IMG/VR virus record: IMGVR_UViG_3300005662_000046
Span: 1-62,251 of that record
Strand: one strand, 5' to 3'
DNA: 62,251 nucleotides
Origin: a virus
Lineage: Duplodnaviria > Caudoviricetes
The notes beneath the pieces were generated by a model that saw nothing but the letters and a program-made list of their open reading frames with translations, had not been told where the DNA came from and made no database searches. Within the stretch, counting starts at the first letter, position 1, and each line of letters opens with the position of its first letter. Position numbers and translations under genes: made by a program. Below are positions 8,309-19,501 of this stretch, one piece after another.

Positions 8309-8516
8309 CTCCTCCTTCTGTTAAAGAGATAACAGTATTGTTAACAGAATCTATATTAAAATAGTAACTTAGTAATCCATATAAATCTGACAACTCCTGA
8401 ACCGTTGCATTAAAGCCAGCAACTCCTGACTGTACAAAATAGCTAGGCTCATCTGTGTTATATTCTATTAATGTTATGTTATTAAGTAACATCCTGCCAA
8501 CTTCATGCTTAATCAT
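8289..8516 (-). CDS. Hypothetical protein
   Basis: ORF track. Confidence 0.6.
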   Translation of the reverse strand: MIKHEVGRMLLNNITLIEYNTDEPSYFVQSGVAGFNATVQELSDLYGLLSYYFNIDSVNNTVISLTEGGDDVLAV

Positions 8517-8517
8517 A

Positions 8518-8886
8518 TTAATCTTCCTCGTATATCATTATAGGATTCCAATTTGGATCATCCATTTTTTCTCTCATGTCAGCAACGTAAGAATCCCAAT
8601 CTCTTTCGTCTTCTGATTTTTTCTCATACTTTACTTCACCTTTAAATGGATTAGTCTTAAATCGAGTCATGATTACTTTACCCTCTTTTGTTTTCCATCT
8701 CAAGACTCCGTTCTTGCAATCGCAAAAATCTTCTGGGTGTGGATCAGTTTTACCCAGTGGATCATATCTACCACTACACGAATTGCACTTAGTGTATCTA
8801 CCCTTATCCTGGCATCTATTGCATGATGCGCAGAATGTCCAACATGGTTTAGTAGATGGATTCTGATAGGTTCCTGGTAATGTCAT
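8518..8886 (-). CDS. Cys-rich, probably Zn-binding protein
   Basis: CxxCxxCxxC...CxxC...CxC. Confidence 0.65.
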   Translation of the reverse strand: MTLPGTYQNPSTKPCWTFCASCNRCQDKGRYTKCNSCSGRYDPLGKTDPHPEDFCDCKNGVLRWKTKEGKVIMTRFKTNPFKGEVKYEKKSEDERDWDSYVADMREKMDDPNWNPIMIYEED

Positions 8887-11800
8887 TTCTTAGCTCCGTA
8901 TGTTTATATATTTTTGTAATTTTTCTTCTATTTTTAATGAAGTAGATTTTTTAAACTTAAAAGTTACTTTCTTATTATTCTCTGTATATATTAAATATAC
9001 ATAGGATGGTCCATTAACATTTTCAATTATATCACATATACCCTGCACTACTTCTAGGCTTGGAGCATCTTGCACTTCTAACATAATTGATTTACTGCCA
9101 ATTGCTCTAGACGTATCTATCTTTTCACTGGAATTATAAAACATCTTTACGATTGCTGACTCTTCTTCGTTCTCTCTGTTTATTGTTCCAGAGACAATAA
9201 CTACATCACCTTCACTAAAGAAATCATCACTTATAGTTTTAGACTCCCTAGGGAAAATGATCACTTCTATTTCTCCTGAGAGATCTTCAACTAATAATCG
9301 GAACATTTTCTGTCCCTTTTTAGTTATCATCCTCTTTACTGCCGTTAAAATTCCGCCTACTTTAACATTTGCTCCGTTGCTTATTTCTAATATATCTATT
9401 ATTTCACCAGTTACATTAGGCGATATTGTTGTCCACATGCCCTCTATAGGATGCTTTGATACATATATTCCTAATTCAGCTTTTTCTTTTTCTAGTAATT
9501 CCAATTCTCTTCTTCTTGTTAAATCACCATCATGGGAAACAGTAAACAGCTCATCAAGGGCACCAGCGTAAGCTAGGTGTTCTAACGTAGACTTTTTCAA
9601 GGTGGCTGGATCACATCTTCTAAAGAAATCATAAACACTAGAATAAGGATTCTTTTCATCTCTCCCTAAAATAATTGCTTCAGCTATAGACTCACCAATT
9701 CCATTTATTGCTGATAAACCAAAGATTACCTGAGACTCACTAAGAACGTTAAAGTCTTTGCCGGATTTGTTTAAAGATGGTGGAAGAACTTCTATCTCCA
9801 GTTTTCTGCAGTCTGAAAGATATGCAGCAAGTTTTTCCTTATTGCCAACCACAGAAGACATCAAAGCTGCCATATACTCAGCGGTAAAGTGTGCCTTTAA
9901 ATAAGCGGTGATATATGAAACCATCGCATAACTTGCTGCGTGAGCTCTATTGAAACCGTAACCACCGAAATATTCAATGTCTGAATAAATTTTATTGGCT
10001 TTATCTTCATCTAAATTAGAATGATCTATACAGCCTTTTACAAATTTAGTTCTAATCATAGCTATCTTGTCCATGAGTTTCTTACCGATAACTTTTCTTA
10101 AGTCGTCAGCTTCAGCAGATGTAAAGCCAGCAAGTTCTCTAGCTACACCAAGAACATCTTCTTGATATAACATAATACCAAGCGAAGGTCCAAGAACCTT
10201 TTCTAATTTTGGATGATCATAAGAGACATGACTTCTTCCATGTTTTCTATCTATATATTCCCTATCCATGCCAGAACCCATTGGACCTGGGCGGTACAAA
10301 GATATAAGAGCCATTATGTCTTGAATATTTTGTGGTTGCATTTGAACCATTAATTCACGCATACCAGCAGACTCAAGCTGGAATACTCCCATGGCTTTAC
10401 CTTGACATAGTAGCTCGTAAGTTTTTTTATCGTCTATTGGTATGTCATTTACATCTAGCGTGATTTGTCTATGTTGTTTAATTAATTTTATACATGTATC
10501 TATTACGCCTAAGTTTCTTAAGCCAAGGAAGTCAATTTTTAATAGTCCACACTGTTCAACTCTTCCCATGTCCCACTGAGTTACAACAGGCTTATCTGCA
10601 CCCTTCTGCATAGTGGGTAGATATTCAACTAGTGATTCTTTAGATATAACAACTCCAGCTGCGTGAATGCCAGTCTGCCTTACCAGGTTCTCTAAACCAA
10701 AAGCTGTATCAATTATCTCTTTTGATTGAGTATCATTTTTATACAATGTGTTAAACTCTTGAACGTCCATACATTCTTTTAGAGATTTTGAAACACCAAG
10801 TACTGGAGGCGGTATTAATTTTGCTACCTTATCCCCAGCGGTAAAGTCATAACCTAAAGCTCTGGCTGCGTCTCTGACAGACTGTCTAGCGCCAGTCCTG
10901 TTGAAAGTGCAGATATGCGCTACTTTATCACTGCCATACTTGCTTCTAGCATAGTCAATAACTTTATCTCTATGTCTATCATCAAAGTCTAGGTCAATAT
11001 CGGGCATCGACTTTCTTCCTTCAACTAAGAATCTTTCAAACATCAAACCAAACTTAATTGGATCTAAATTTGTAATATCAAATGCGTAAGATAGAATACT
11101 GCCAGCAGCAGATCCTCTTCCCCATCCAACTCTAATATCATTTTCTTTAGCCCAACGAACTAAGTCAGACACAACTAAGAAGTATTCCGGAAAGCCCATA
11201 TCCTTCACTACCCTGATTTCATAGTTAGCTCTTTCTATGATGTGGTCAGGCAGTGGATTACCGTATCTATTCTTTAATCCCTCCCATGCCAATCTTTCAA
11301 AGTAGTCAGTTGATGATTCTTTAGTGGGTATAGGAAAGTTTGGAAAATGTATTTCACCAAATTTTAGATTAACATCAACCATGTCGTTGATGTGCATTGT
11401 ATTTTTTAAATACTCTTCTGAAAATGTTTTAGCCATTTCATCATAAGACTGAAGATAAAATTGATCTCCAGAAAAAGAAAATCTGTTTGGCGTATGGACA
11501 TTGCTGTTAGTAGCAACGCATAGCATTATGTCATGCGCGTGAGCATCAGCTTGGTGCACATAGTGACAATCGCCGGATGGAACTATTCTAGCGCCAATTG
11601 TGTTTGCTATTTTTATTAAATCTGGGATGACTTGTAGTTGCTCATCAATTCCATGGTTTTGTATTTCTATGAAATAGTTTTCTTTTCCTACAATATCTTG
11701 CATTGAAGCGGCGTGTTTTAGTGCAGTGTTATAATCGTTTCTTAAAAGAGCCTGAGACACTTCTCCATTTAAGCAGCCTGATAATACTATTATCCCATCA

Positions 11801-12216
11801 GAATGCTGAGATATTAATTCATGATCAACTCTAGGTTTTACATAATAACCTTCGGTGAAAGCTCTGGATGACATCTTGATTATATTATGATAACCAATAT
11901 TATTCTTAGCTAATATAGTTATATGGTATGGACCTCTTTGTTCCCATTCATTTTTAGATGGACCAGATCTTTCCTCTTCATCTTTATCAAACCTAGTCTT
12001 TCTAGCCTGATATAATTCAGATCCCAGGATTGGCTTAACACCTACTGAGTTTCCAGCGTCATAAAAATCTAACCATGAATGTATATTTCCATGGTCAGTT
12101 GTAGCTAATCCACTCATACCTAAAGACTTAGCTCTTGATAAGTACTCTTCTACGTTACCATGACCGTCCAACATGGAGAATACTGTATGGTTATGTAGAT
12201 TGGTCCAATTTTTCAC
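8883..12216 (-). CDS. dnaE: DNA polymerase III alpha subunit; ends at 8890 unshifted, or 8883 if the terminal CGGA is recoded
   Basis: PHP domain HNHT...DG, TDHG; GRGSAAGS; PDIDLDF; KIDFLGL; FNRAHA; OB fold. Confidence 0.97.
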
Positions 12217-12410
12217 TTGAGTCCTCTTTTAATATTTATCTGGTTCAATACATTATCTTTATCACGCTTATAACATACTGTTACTACACCCTTACAATAT
12301 TTGCACACTGCTGGTAGTCCAGCTTGAGCAAAGGAACTATTATACATGTGTCTATCTGTCTGTTCAGTTCCACAGTCAGTGCATAAACCAATTACATCAT
12401 CATCCTGCAT
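12213..12410 (-). CDS. Small Zn-ribbon protein
   Basis: CTDC...CKYC. Confidence 0.65.
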   Translation of the reverse strand: MQDDDVIGLCTDCGTEQTDRHMYNSSFAQAGLPAVCKYCKGVVTVCYKRDKDNVLNQINIKRGLK

Positions 12411-13606
12411 TACTCCCCCTTTCTTGGTGCAGCCCTGTAGGCAAATCGGACTGGTGATGGGGAAGATTTCTCTTGAGTTTCTATAAATCTATCTCCAACT
12501 TTAACCCACTTATTTTTCTTTTCAAGAGAGCAGCTTCCGCATCCCACACCCACCGCATTTGCTCTTTCACATGTGTATGGCCTTCCACCTATTCCCATTT
12601 CTCTTCTTCTTACCCAATCGTTTATATGAGCTTGCGATTTACTTGGGTTATAATCTTCGCAATTGCTCAGTATCTCGTGCAAATAATTAATTGACTCTTC
12701 GCTATACGTCAATATAGAACATAAAAACAACCTTGCTTCATGCTCTAAGTAGTGGGAACTTTCAGCTTGTTCGTGTAATTTTTTTATAGACGGACACTTT
12801 ACCCATAATGTTTCTTTTTCAAACACTTTCTGATTTTGATCAAAAGATTTCAGGTTAGAAGAACCAAACTTGTTAAAGTGTTGCAATATATCTTTTGGTT
12901 TATTCTTTTCTTCTTCCATCTGATAAGTAAGTTGCCTATACCATTCATTTGCTTTAAAGTTAAAAGACTGTTCGATTACATCAAAGGGCTGCGGCTTACT
13001 TGAATAGGTAACAATTTCATCTATTCCAGATAAAAATATATCTTTTGGTAAGAGTGTTTTAAATAACTTTGTTGCCTGATGCATTGACCCAGGCAGTCTC
13101 CACATTCTTCTCATATCATAAACGCTAAAGTCCATTGAAGAAATAGATAAATCTTCTTTTAACTTATTTGCTATATACCTAAAAACTTTTGGAAGTTCGT
13201 TCGATGGATTAATGCCCAGGCTAACTGCTTCGCATTCTATATGAAAACCTTTTTTCCCAGTGTAATAAACTAATAACGATTCTTGGGGAATATACATAGA
13301 CAAGTAACCATATAGCCTCTGTGCTTCTTCATAGCACAGGTTCATGTCTTCGCTATCTAAGTCAAAATACAATGAGCCTAGTCTAATAGCCTTATTTAAA
13401 TCAGTAGTATTAAAATGCCAAATAGAAGTATATAGTCCAATGTTACTATGCTTTTGTCTATATTGATCTATGTTTTCCATTTCATAGAAAACTGGATCAT
13501 CACCGTTCTTATCTCTAATAACTCTGTCTAGATTAGGAACGTATCTAGCTACTTCAACGTATTTCCATTGAGAAATAAATTTATCTTTGTCTAAAGGAAG
13601 TTTCAT
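12410..13606 (-). CDS. Archaeo-eukaryotic-type primase with C-terminal Cys-rich PriL-like domain
   Basis: YFDLD, YTGKKGFH, D...RMWRLPGS; CPSI...H.ARL...PYTC...C..C. Confidence 0.8.
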   Translation of the reverse strand: MKLPLDKDKFISQWKYVEVARYVPNLDRVIRDKNGDDPVFYEMENIDQYRQKHSNIGLYTSIWHFNTTDLNKAIRLGSLYFDLDSEDMNLCYEEAQRLYGYLSMYIPQESLLVYYTGKKGFHIECEAVSLGINPSNELPKVFRYIANKLKEDLSISSMDFSVYDMRRMWRLPGSMHQATKLFKTLLPKDIFLSGIDEIVTYSSKPQPFDVIEQSFNFKANEWYRQLTYQMEEEKNKPKDILQHFNKFGSSNLKSFDQNQKVFEKETLWVKCPSIKKLHEQAESSHYLEHEARLFLCSILTYSEESINYLHEILSNCEDYNPSKSQAHINDWVRRREMGIGGRPYTCERANAVGVGCGSCSLEKKNKWVKVGDRFIETQEKSSPSPVRFAYRAAPRKGE

Positions 13607-13776
13607 GGTATATGTATTTTACCACTGTCCGTTTCTATGTGCCAAGCTATTAGTCGATTGTCTTCTGAAATATTCTCATTATTAGATCTATAGTAGATTG
13701 ATTCCTTTATGAGGAATTCTAAAGAATCATTTATATGTGCCCTGACATGCATCTTGTCTGGATTTTCAATTGTCAT
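13603..13776 (-). CDS. 57-aa hypothetical protein
   Basis: Hand translation; ATGA overlaps at both ends. Confidence 0.6.
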   Translation of the reverse strand: MTIENPDKMHVRAHINDSLEFLIKESIYYRSNNENISEDNRLIAWHIETDSGKIHIP

Positions 13777-14429
13777 TTGCTATTATCAATCTCGACAATT
13801 GTATGCAGTTTTGAAGCAACGTTGTCCGATAGATGGACTATCATATCCATATAGGTGCTAGGTACAGTTTCTGGAATTGGAGACCATGGACCAAGATGAC
13901 ATCTCACTAGTCTAAGTATTGACTGAACAGTTTCCTCATCTAAAAAAAGAGTAGATGACGCTGATTCCGAACCATACTTTTTATCATTTTCTTGACACTT
14001 TTTAACAAAAGCTCCAACTGTGTACGGATGCATTGGGTCGTAATAAAAATCTTCCTTACTATCATCGTAGGCTATACCCTTAGTCACGTCATGCAATAAG
14101 CATGCTGCGTATACCGTATCTTTTTCTTGGGCAATTAATCCATAGGAATCACATATTACACTAGCAACTTTAACAACTCTTTTTGTATGAAGAACATTAC
14201 CACCGACACCGTGCTCGTCAGCCGGATGATACTTACCTGAGAAACTAGATGGTATTTTCCAAAATGTTTTTGCCTGAAGTAGAACTGATCTAACAAACAG
14301 TTTAATCTGCTGATTGGAAATCAGATTAATCTCTTCCATGAGAGGAGCTAGTAGCTTGTCTTCCTCCTCATTCACCTTGAATGAAACATCCTCATTTAAT
14401 AATTCGTCTAATATACTTTTCTTACTCAT
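13773..14429 (-). CDS. HD-domain phosphohydrolase
   Basis: GKYH...HT, LLHDVTK, HLGPW, HLSD. Confidence 0.8.
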   Translation of the reverse strand: MSKKSILDELLNEDVSFKVNEEEDKLLAPLMEEINLISNQQIKLFVRSVLLQAKTFWKIPSSFSGKYHPADEHGVGGNVLHTKRVVKVASVICDSYGLIAQEKDTVYAACLLHDVTKGIAYDDSKEDFYYDPMHPYTVGAFVKKCQENDKKYGSESASSTLFLDEETVQSILRLVRCHLGPWSPIPETVPSTYMDMIVHLSDNVASKLHTIVEIDNSK

Positions 14430-14592
14430 TGTCTGAATCCCAATTTAATTTTTCCTTTAAATATATTTGATACTTTTCATCTATTATGGAAACTAAATAT
14501 TCATAAGGGGTTTGTTTATTTTTTTTTGCAAGGATAAATAAACTCTTAGATACCTTGCTTTCAAGTATAACACCAAATCTATTTTTCTGCAT
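14422..14592 (-). CDS. Small putative DNA-binding protein (RHH-like)
   Basis: Likely start MQKNRFGV; strand-helix-helix pattern. Confidence 0.45.
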   Translation of the reverse strand: MQKNRFGVILESKVSKSLFILAKKNKQTPYEYLVSIIDEKYQIYLKEKLNWDSDNE

Positions 14593-15370
14593 TTTTTGAC
14601 CAGTTTGACCACTTTGAGCAAGGTTTATCAAATGGACACTTCTTGCAATACCAAGTCAATCCTCTTCTTGGAATAAAGTTTTCTGCTTGCTCTAATTCAT
14701 CAGCCCAAAATTTTAAAGAATCAAGATCTTCTTTAGTTATTTCAAAATCAATAAAAGAAACCTTAGGCATTAGTAAATCTATGTATCCAAAGGATGCTTT
14801 AGAGATTCTTTCACCATGCTTTACAGCAAAGGCGTTGTACATCGTTGCAAAATTTACCTGATACATATGCTGATGGCTGTTCTTATAGTTAAACATTATC
14901 TTAATAACATAATATTTATTATTTTTATAAAGAATAATATCAAATTTATCTTTGATTTTAACCTTTGGGGTAACTGGCATTATGCAGTCTTCGTTTATTG
15001 CTATTGGTATATATGTTTCATCTGAAAAGTTTTCGTAAAAAGATAGCAAAGCAGAAGCTGCCTTAGTTGTAAGGCTAGCACTATTTCCATATGCACTCTC
15101 ATGCTGTTCTGTCATAATGTCATATGAAGAAACATTATCAGAAAACCAAAGCTTCTCCCACCTATTTAAAAGCGATGCGTAAGAAGGCGTATAGCCACCT
15201 TGTTTTTTGTAAAAAAAGTAATATATTATTTCCTTTAAAGTATTTTCGAACCTAAGAGATAGTAGATCTCTACCACCTATTGACTCTGGCATTTTTTGAT
15301 TATACCTATACTCGTATAGCAGTGAGCATGTTTGAAAATCTTTTAAAGATTCTGGTGTAATTAATTTCAT
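14579..15370 (-). CDS. Degenerate PD-(D/E)XK RecB-like nuclease with Fe-S cysteines
   Basis: LKDFQTC, KFDII, CKKCPFDKPC. Confidence 0.65.
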   Translation of the reverse strand: MKLITPESLKDFQTCSLLYEYRYNQKMPESIGGRDLLSLRFENTLKEIIYYFFYKKQGGYTPSYASLLNRWEKLWFSDNVSSYDIMTEQHESAYGNSASLTTKAASALLSFYENFSDETYIPIAINEDCIMPVTPKVKIKDKFDIILYKNNKYYVIKIMFNYKNSHQHMYQVNFATMYNAFAVKHGERISKASFGYIDLLMPKVSFIDFEITKEDLDSLKFWADELEQAENFIPRRGLTWYCKKCPFDKPCSKWSNWSKNAEK

Positions 15371-16821
15371 TAGTTAAAATCTCCATTGTTTAATAAATCA
15401 TCTAAAATCGATGAAGCGTCATAAGACCCAGATGTAACTATTTCGTACTCTTCGTAAGACTTTCTAGAATCTACATATCTAACTAGTGGTGGCTCATAAG
15501 AAAATGTTGAGCCTGTAATTCTATTCTTAGGTATCTGTAGTTGCATTACGTTTTCATCTTCTGAATCATCACCGCTAACTAGTTTCTTTTCGGTGATAAA
15601 TATAGTTACTGCACACTTCTGCTGAATGGCTAAAGATCCACCAGTGTCTGACTGCATAACTATTTCTCTTTTTTCTTTCATTCTATTTGAATTTTCTTGT
15701 GCTGTAATTATCAACACGCAATTCATATCTCTAGCTATTTTCTCAAGGCGAACCATCATCTCTTCAAATTCTCCCCATCTAGCTTTACCTTTAGATCTGG
15801 TAAACATTGACTGGATAGTGTCGATAACTATAACGTCTGGAAGATGCTCGCCCTGGACCAATATATCTCTTAACCAACTTTCTAGATCTTCAAAGTATGG
15901 AGTATCTGGATCATGCTTAACCATCAAGCGATCACCCCATTTCTCCAAACGATCAGTAAACATTTTTATGTACTTATTTTTTTCTTCTTCATCCCACTTA
16001 TCTAATTCTGAATAGATATTTTTTCCAGTTATCTGGGTCATTAAAATTCTTTCCCAGTGAGTTCTGGCTTCTTCAAAGTTAATATACAAAGCTTTATAAC
16101 CACAATCTAACCAATTGTTTACCAAGCATTTTGCAAAGGTGCTCTTACCCTTGCCTGAAGCAGCGATGATTGCATGAACGGCGCCCTTAAAGAAGCCTCC
16201 ATCATTGGTGTACCCCATTGCTCTATTTAAAGATTTAAATTGGGTTGGCAAAAAGTCCGGAGTGTCTAATAGAGAGTCTATTTTGTCTATTATTTGGCTT
16301 GCTGTGACTACGCCATCTAATGGATCGTAGTTTATTTTGTTTTCCAAATCAGTTATCTGAGAAGCTATCTCATTCATTCTTGCTAAGTCTTCATCAGACT
16401 TGAGCCCCTTTTGGCTTAGTATAATCTCTAATTCTTTTAGATAATTCTTTTGCTTAATCTTGTTATCTTTATGCTTTAAAACTTGAACAACAGCTTCTGG
16501 ACTAGCTAGTTGCATATCAGAGAGAACACCCATAAGAGCATTCACTCCCTCATCTCCGTTCAGGGCATCAAATACATGACTCTCTAATTGTATCCAGTTT
16601 TTAAATACTATCGGATCAACTATATCTAAATCTGTACTAGATACATAGGACAAAAGAGCGTTATAAAATTCATGAACACCATGTTGGTTATCGTTAATGC
16701 CAACAATCTGTGGATCTAGATTATCTTTAAAATAAGATATAGCTCCCTTTTCCCTGAAAGAAAGAGCAAATACCTGATATTCAATTGGGTGGGTTACAGG
16801 AGAAGATTCAGCGTCACTCAT
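15370..16821 (-). CDS. dnaB: DnaB-like replicative helicase
   Basis: AASGKGKS Walker A, NFEE, VIVIDTIQ, TAQEN, IPKNR. Confidence 0.85.
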   Translation of the reverse strand: MSDAESSPVTHPIEYQVFALSFREKGAISYFKDNLDPQIVGINDNQHGVHEFYNALLSYVSSTDLDIVDPIVFKNWIQLESHVFDALNGDEGVNALMGVLSDMQLASPEAVVQVLKHKDNKIKQKNYLKELEIILSQKGLKSDEDLARMNEIASQITDLENKINYDPLDGVVTASQIIDKIDSLLDTPDFLPTQFKSLNRAMGYTNDGGFFKGAVHAIIAASGKGKSTFAKCLVNNWLDCGYKALYINFEEARTHWERILMTQITGKNIYSELDKWDEEEKNKYIKMFTDRLEKWGDRLMVKHDPDTPYFEDLESWLRDILVQGEHLPDVIVIDTIQSMFTRSKGKARWGEFEEMMVRLEKIARDMNCVLIITAQENSNRMKEKREIVMQSDTGGSLAIQQKCAVTIFITEKKLVSGDDSEDENVMQLQIPKNRITGSTFSYEPPLVRYVDSRKSYEEYEIVTSGSYDASSILDDLLNNGDFN

Positions 16822-17458
16822 GATTATCTCTTCTCTTTTTCATTTTTTTGTACGTCTCTTTCTTTCTTTCGTTGTACTGCTTTTTTCTATCCTGATAGAA
16901 TTTATTTTGAGTAATGCTTTTTTTATTTGACTTTGCTTTTTCTGGAACGTGCGGACTTACTCTTATTGCTTGCAATAGTCTATCATAAACAGCCTGCTCA
17001 CTCAGTTCATCATTATACCTAAATACAACTAATGTTATTCCTTCTTGTTTGCAAAGTTCTAATTTTCTTTCGTCTCTTTTTTGAGCCTGAATAAAATCAT
17101 ACTTTGATTCAAAAAATCTTTCAGTATAATAGAAATGTTGTCTTCCATGAAACTCTGCACCTATTCTATACTCCTGACAATAAACGTCTATTTTTAGACG
17201 CTCACCTACATGGTATTCGTTTGTAATTTTTTGTCCAGGAAATAACTTCTGCATTACTTGAGTAAGCGCGGCTTGGCCTCTTGATGTTTTTTTCTTTTGT
17301 TCTTTAACCCAAGAGAGACCAAGCGAATTGATCTTTTTGTTTAATTGGACAAATGAATAACCAAGTTCTCTAGCTATAGCTGATATGGTTAGATCTGAGT
17401 CAAATAAAAGATCTATTAAAAATAGATCGTCTTCCTTGTCTTCAGTCTGTCTTTTCAT
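16814..17458 (-). CDS. HTH plus Vsr/DUF559-like endonuclease
   Basis: TISAIARELG HTH; IDVY...EFHGRQH...RDERK. Confidence 0.7.
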   Translation of the reverse strand: MKRQTEDKEDDLFLIDLLFDSDLTISAIARELGYSFVQLNKKINSLGLSWVKEQKKKTSRGQAALTQVMQKLFPGQKITNEYHVGERLKIDVYCQEYRIGAEFHGRQHFYYTERFFESKYDFIQAQKRDERKLELCKQEGITLVVFRYNDELSEQAVYDRLLQAIRVSPHVPEKAKSNKKSITQNKFYQDRKKQYNERKKETYKKMKKRRDNHE

Positions 17459-18116
17459 TTTGGGTGGTCCTATTGCTAAATCTTGCTCGAGCAAAACTGA
17501 TTACCTTCCCAAAATCTATTATAGAAAAATCTAATTCATTCCATATCTTATTTGCCAAAGCTGCAGAAAGCAGTGGGCAGTCTAAAATAACTGTATCCAC
17601 TTTACCCTTATAGGCAGAGAGAGATTCAATTATAGAATCCAACTTATCATAATAATCATTATATGGAACATAAATTGTGTCAACTGGAGAACCCAAAACT
17701 CTTGTAATAACTTTTCTATCATGGAAAGTAACCACTACATATGGAGTATTTCTTATGTAGAAATCAACAAAAGAAGTAAAAGCTACTTCATTATTATTAA
17801 AATAATTTTCAAGAGTTGTTGAATTATAATAAACTTGATTAGAATCTACTTTTGAATAATCTAATTCATTTTCTGAATCATTAGAGTTCACAAAAGCTAA
17901 AGGGATTCCTTTCATAAAATTCTTATCATTAATGCTAAATGACTTAGTTATTGAATCGCTAAACTCTTTAGAATTTTTCTTTATATCTGAATTACCCATA
18001 GCGATAAGGGCAGATCTAGGAAAATTCACATAAGCAAAACGTTCTCTTGAAAGCATCTTGAGTGTTAGTGACTGAATTGTTTGTGCGTGTGTTGCAATTC
18101 TAATATCTTTTTTCAT
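17442..18116 (-). CDS. Hypothetical protein, possibly GT-D-fold glycosyltransferase-like
   Basis: Adjacent to a GT2; C-terminal IIDFGK; weak resemblance only. Confidence 0.4.
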   Translation of the reverse strand: MKKDIRIATHAQTIQSLTLKMLSRERFAYVNFPRSALIAMGNSDIKKNSKEFSDSITKSFSINDKNFMKGIPLAFVNSNDSENELDYSKVDSNQVYYNSTTLENYFNNNEVAFTSFVDFYIRNTPYVVVTFHDRKVITRVLGSPVDTIYVPYNDYYDKLDSIIESLSAYKGKVDTVILDCPLLSAALANKIWNELDFSIIDFGKVISFARARFSNRTTQNEKTD

Positions 18117-18124
18117 TTTTATTC

Positions 18125-18826
18125 CTATCTTAGAAAATTTCCCCAGTCAATTAAAACTGGGTTTGGGTCTATTATTGAATTAATGTGATTTAAAGCGTGG
18201 AATTCTCCACCATCTAAAGTTGAATACCTCTGGTGCTTTGAGATCTTATCTTCATCTCTGACATAGCCAAGATGTTTCATAACTAATCCTGAATCAATCC
18301 AGAAATTTCTTTGCCTAATCCAATCAACTACATAAGTTGGCTCTGAACCACATGCTAGTTTTCTATTGGCAAAGCCGCCATTTTCTTTAAATCTAAATAT
18401 TCTACTACTATTATTTGGAACCCATAGCTTATCTGTGCGCCACTGAGTCTCATTCCACATGTGATAAAAACGAACATTAACAACATCGTATGGTGATTTT
18501 GAAAGCACCTGTGAAATATCAATATTGTCTATATCGTCTTTATTATAAAGCATTTCGTCACAGTCGATTGCAATAATCCAATCACCTAACTTAGCGTGTT
18601 GAGCCATGTTAGACCAGGCAAATGCCCTTAGTTGCCCCTCATGCTTTGTGAACAATTGCTCTGGAGTTGAATAAACATGACAATATTTTTCTGCTATTTT
18701 AGCAGTGTTGTCTGTGGAACAATCATCTGTAAAGATGATACCATCTACTTGCTGAGAAAGTCTTTCTAAGACTTCTTCTAGAAATCTTCCTTCTTCATTT
18801 CTGCCCACCATTTGAGCGTATATCAT
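18125..18826 (-). CDS. Glycosyltransferase family 2-like
   Basis: RNEE, DDCSTDNT, IDCDE (DxD), HLGY. Confidence 0.85.
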   Translation of the reverse strand: MIYAQMVGRNEEGRFLEEVLERLSQQVDGIIFTDDCSTDNTAKIAEKYCHVYSTPEQLFTKHEGQLRAFAWSNMAQHAKLGDWIIAIDCDEMLYNKDDIDNIDISQVLSKSPYDVVNVRFYHMWNETQWRTDKLWVPNNSSRIFRFKENGGFANRKLACGSEPTYVVDWIRQRNFWIDSGLVMKHLGYVRDEDKISKHQRYSTLDGGEFHALNHINSIIDPNPVLIDWGNFLR

Positions 18827-18847
18827 ATACTTTCCTTAAAGGTTATT

Positions 18848-18879
18848 TGGAGTGACGCCAGTTTAATGGCGCCACTCCA
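18848..18879. other. GC-rich intergenic stem-loop
   Basis: Minus strand TGGAGTGGCGCCA-TTAAAC-TGGCGTCACTCCA; no clear U tract. Confidence 0.6.
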
Positions 18880-18894
18880 CAATTAATAGGATAA

Positions 18895-19077
18895 TTAGAT
18901 CTCTAACATTTCTCGGACTTCTACAGCCGAGATTCGATCTACGTTAGTCTTACTGGTAATAACTTCACCCTTAACACCACGACGTCCAAGGACAACCTTT
19001 TCAGCCTCTGACTTATTCTTGGCCTTAACAACATAAGAAGTTGTTACCTCGAAATAGTTGAACTTATTATCTGCCAT
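18895..19077 (-). CDS. Hypothetical protein
   Basis: ORF track; AAGGA SD. Confidence 0.65.
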   Translation of the reverse strand: MADNKFNYFEVTTSYVVKAKNKSEAEKVVLGRRGVKGEVITSKTNVDRISAVEVREMLEI

Positions 19078-19087
19078 ATTATTTCCT

Positions 19088-19501
19088 TTATTTTGTTGAT
19101 GGATATGTATGAGATATATATTCTACAGCTTCTTCTAGTGTATCTGCAAGTTTTGTAGCAAGAAACTTTAGATAAACACGGTGTTGCAGTTCTTGGTGCG
19201 CCCAAACGATAATTGGCTGATCATTTAAATGCGCCCAAGTCATTTCAAAATCGGTTCCAACATACGCTCTATACAAAAGTCTATATTCGACAAGCAATAT
19301 GTCACAGCTCTTTTGCAGGAAGAGATTTTTGTCTACAATCTCTTTAGGCTCACAATCTTCTTCTTCTAAAGCGTAGTCTAATGGGTTTACAGCCTTAAAG
19401 CCTCTTTGAGCCAACATCGATGTTGCCTCATCTCTCCAATCATATTTAAAATTAGATTGAACATCTTCTATAGCGCCTGATAAAAACACTCTAGTTTGCA
19501 T
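19088..19501 (-). CDS. Nucleoside 2-deoxyribosyltransferase-like protein
   Basis: VFLSGAI...WR...NP...CDILLV...GTDFE. Confidence 0.75.
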   Translation of the reverse strand: MQTRVFLSGAIEDVQSNFKYDWRDEATSMLAQRGFKAVNPLDYALEEEDCEPKEIVDKNLFLQKSCDILLVEYRLLYRAYVGTDFEMTWAHLNDQPIIVWAHQELQHRVYLKFLATKLADTLEEAVEYISHTYPSTK

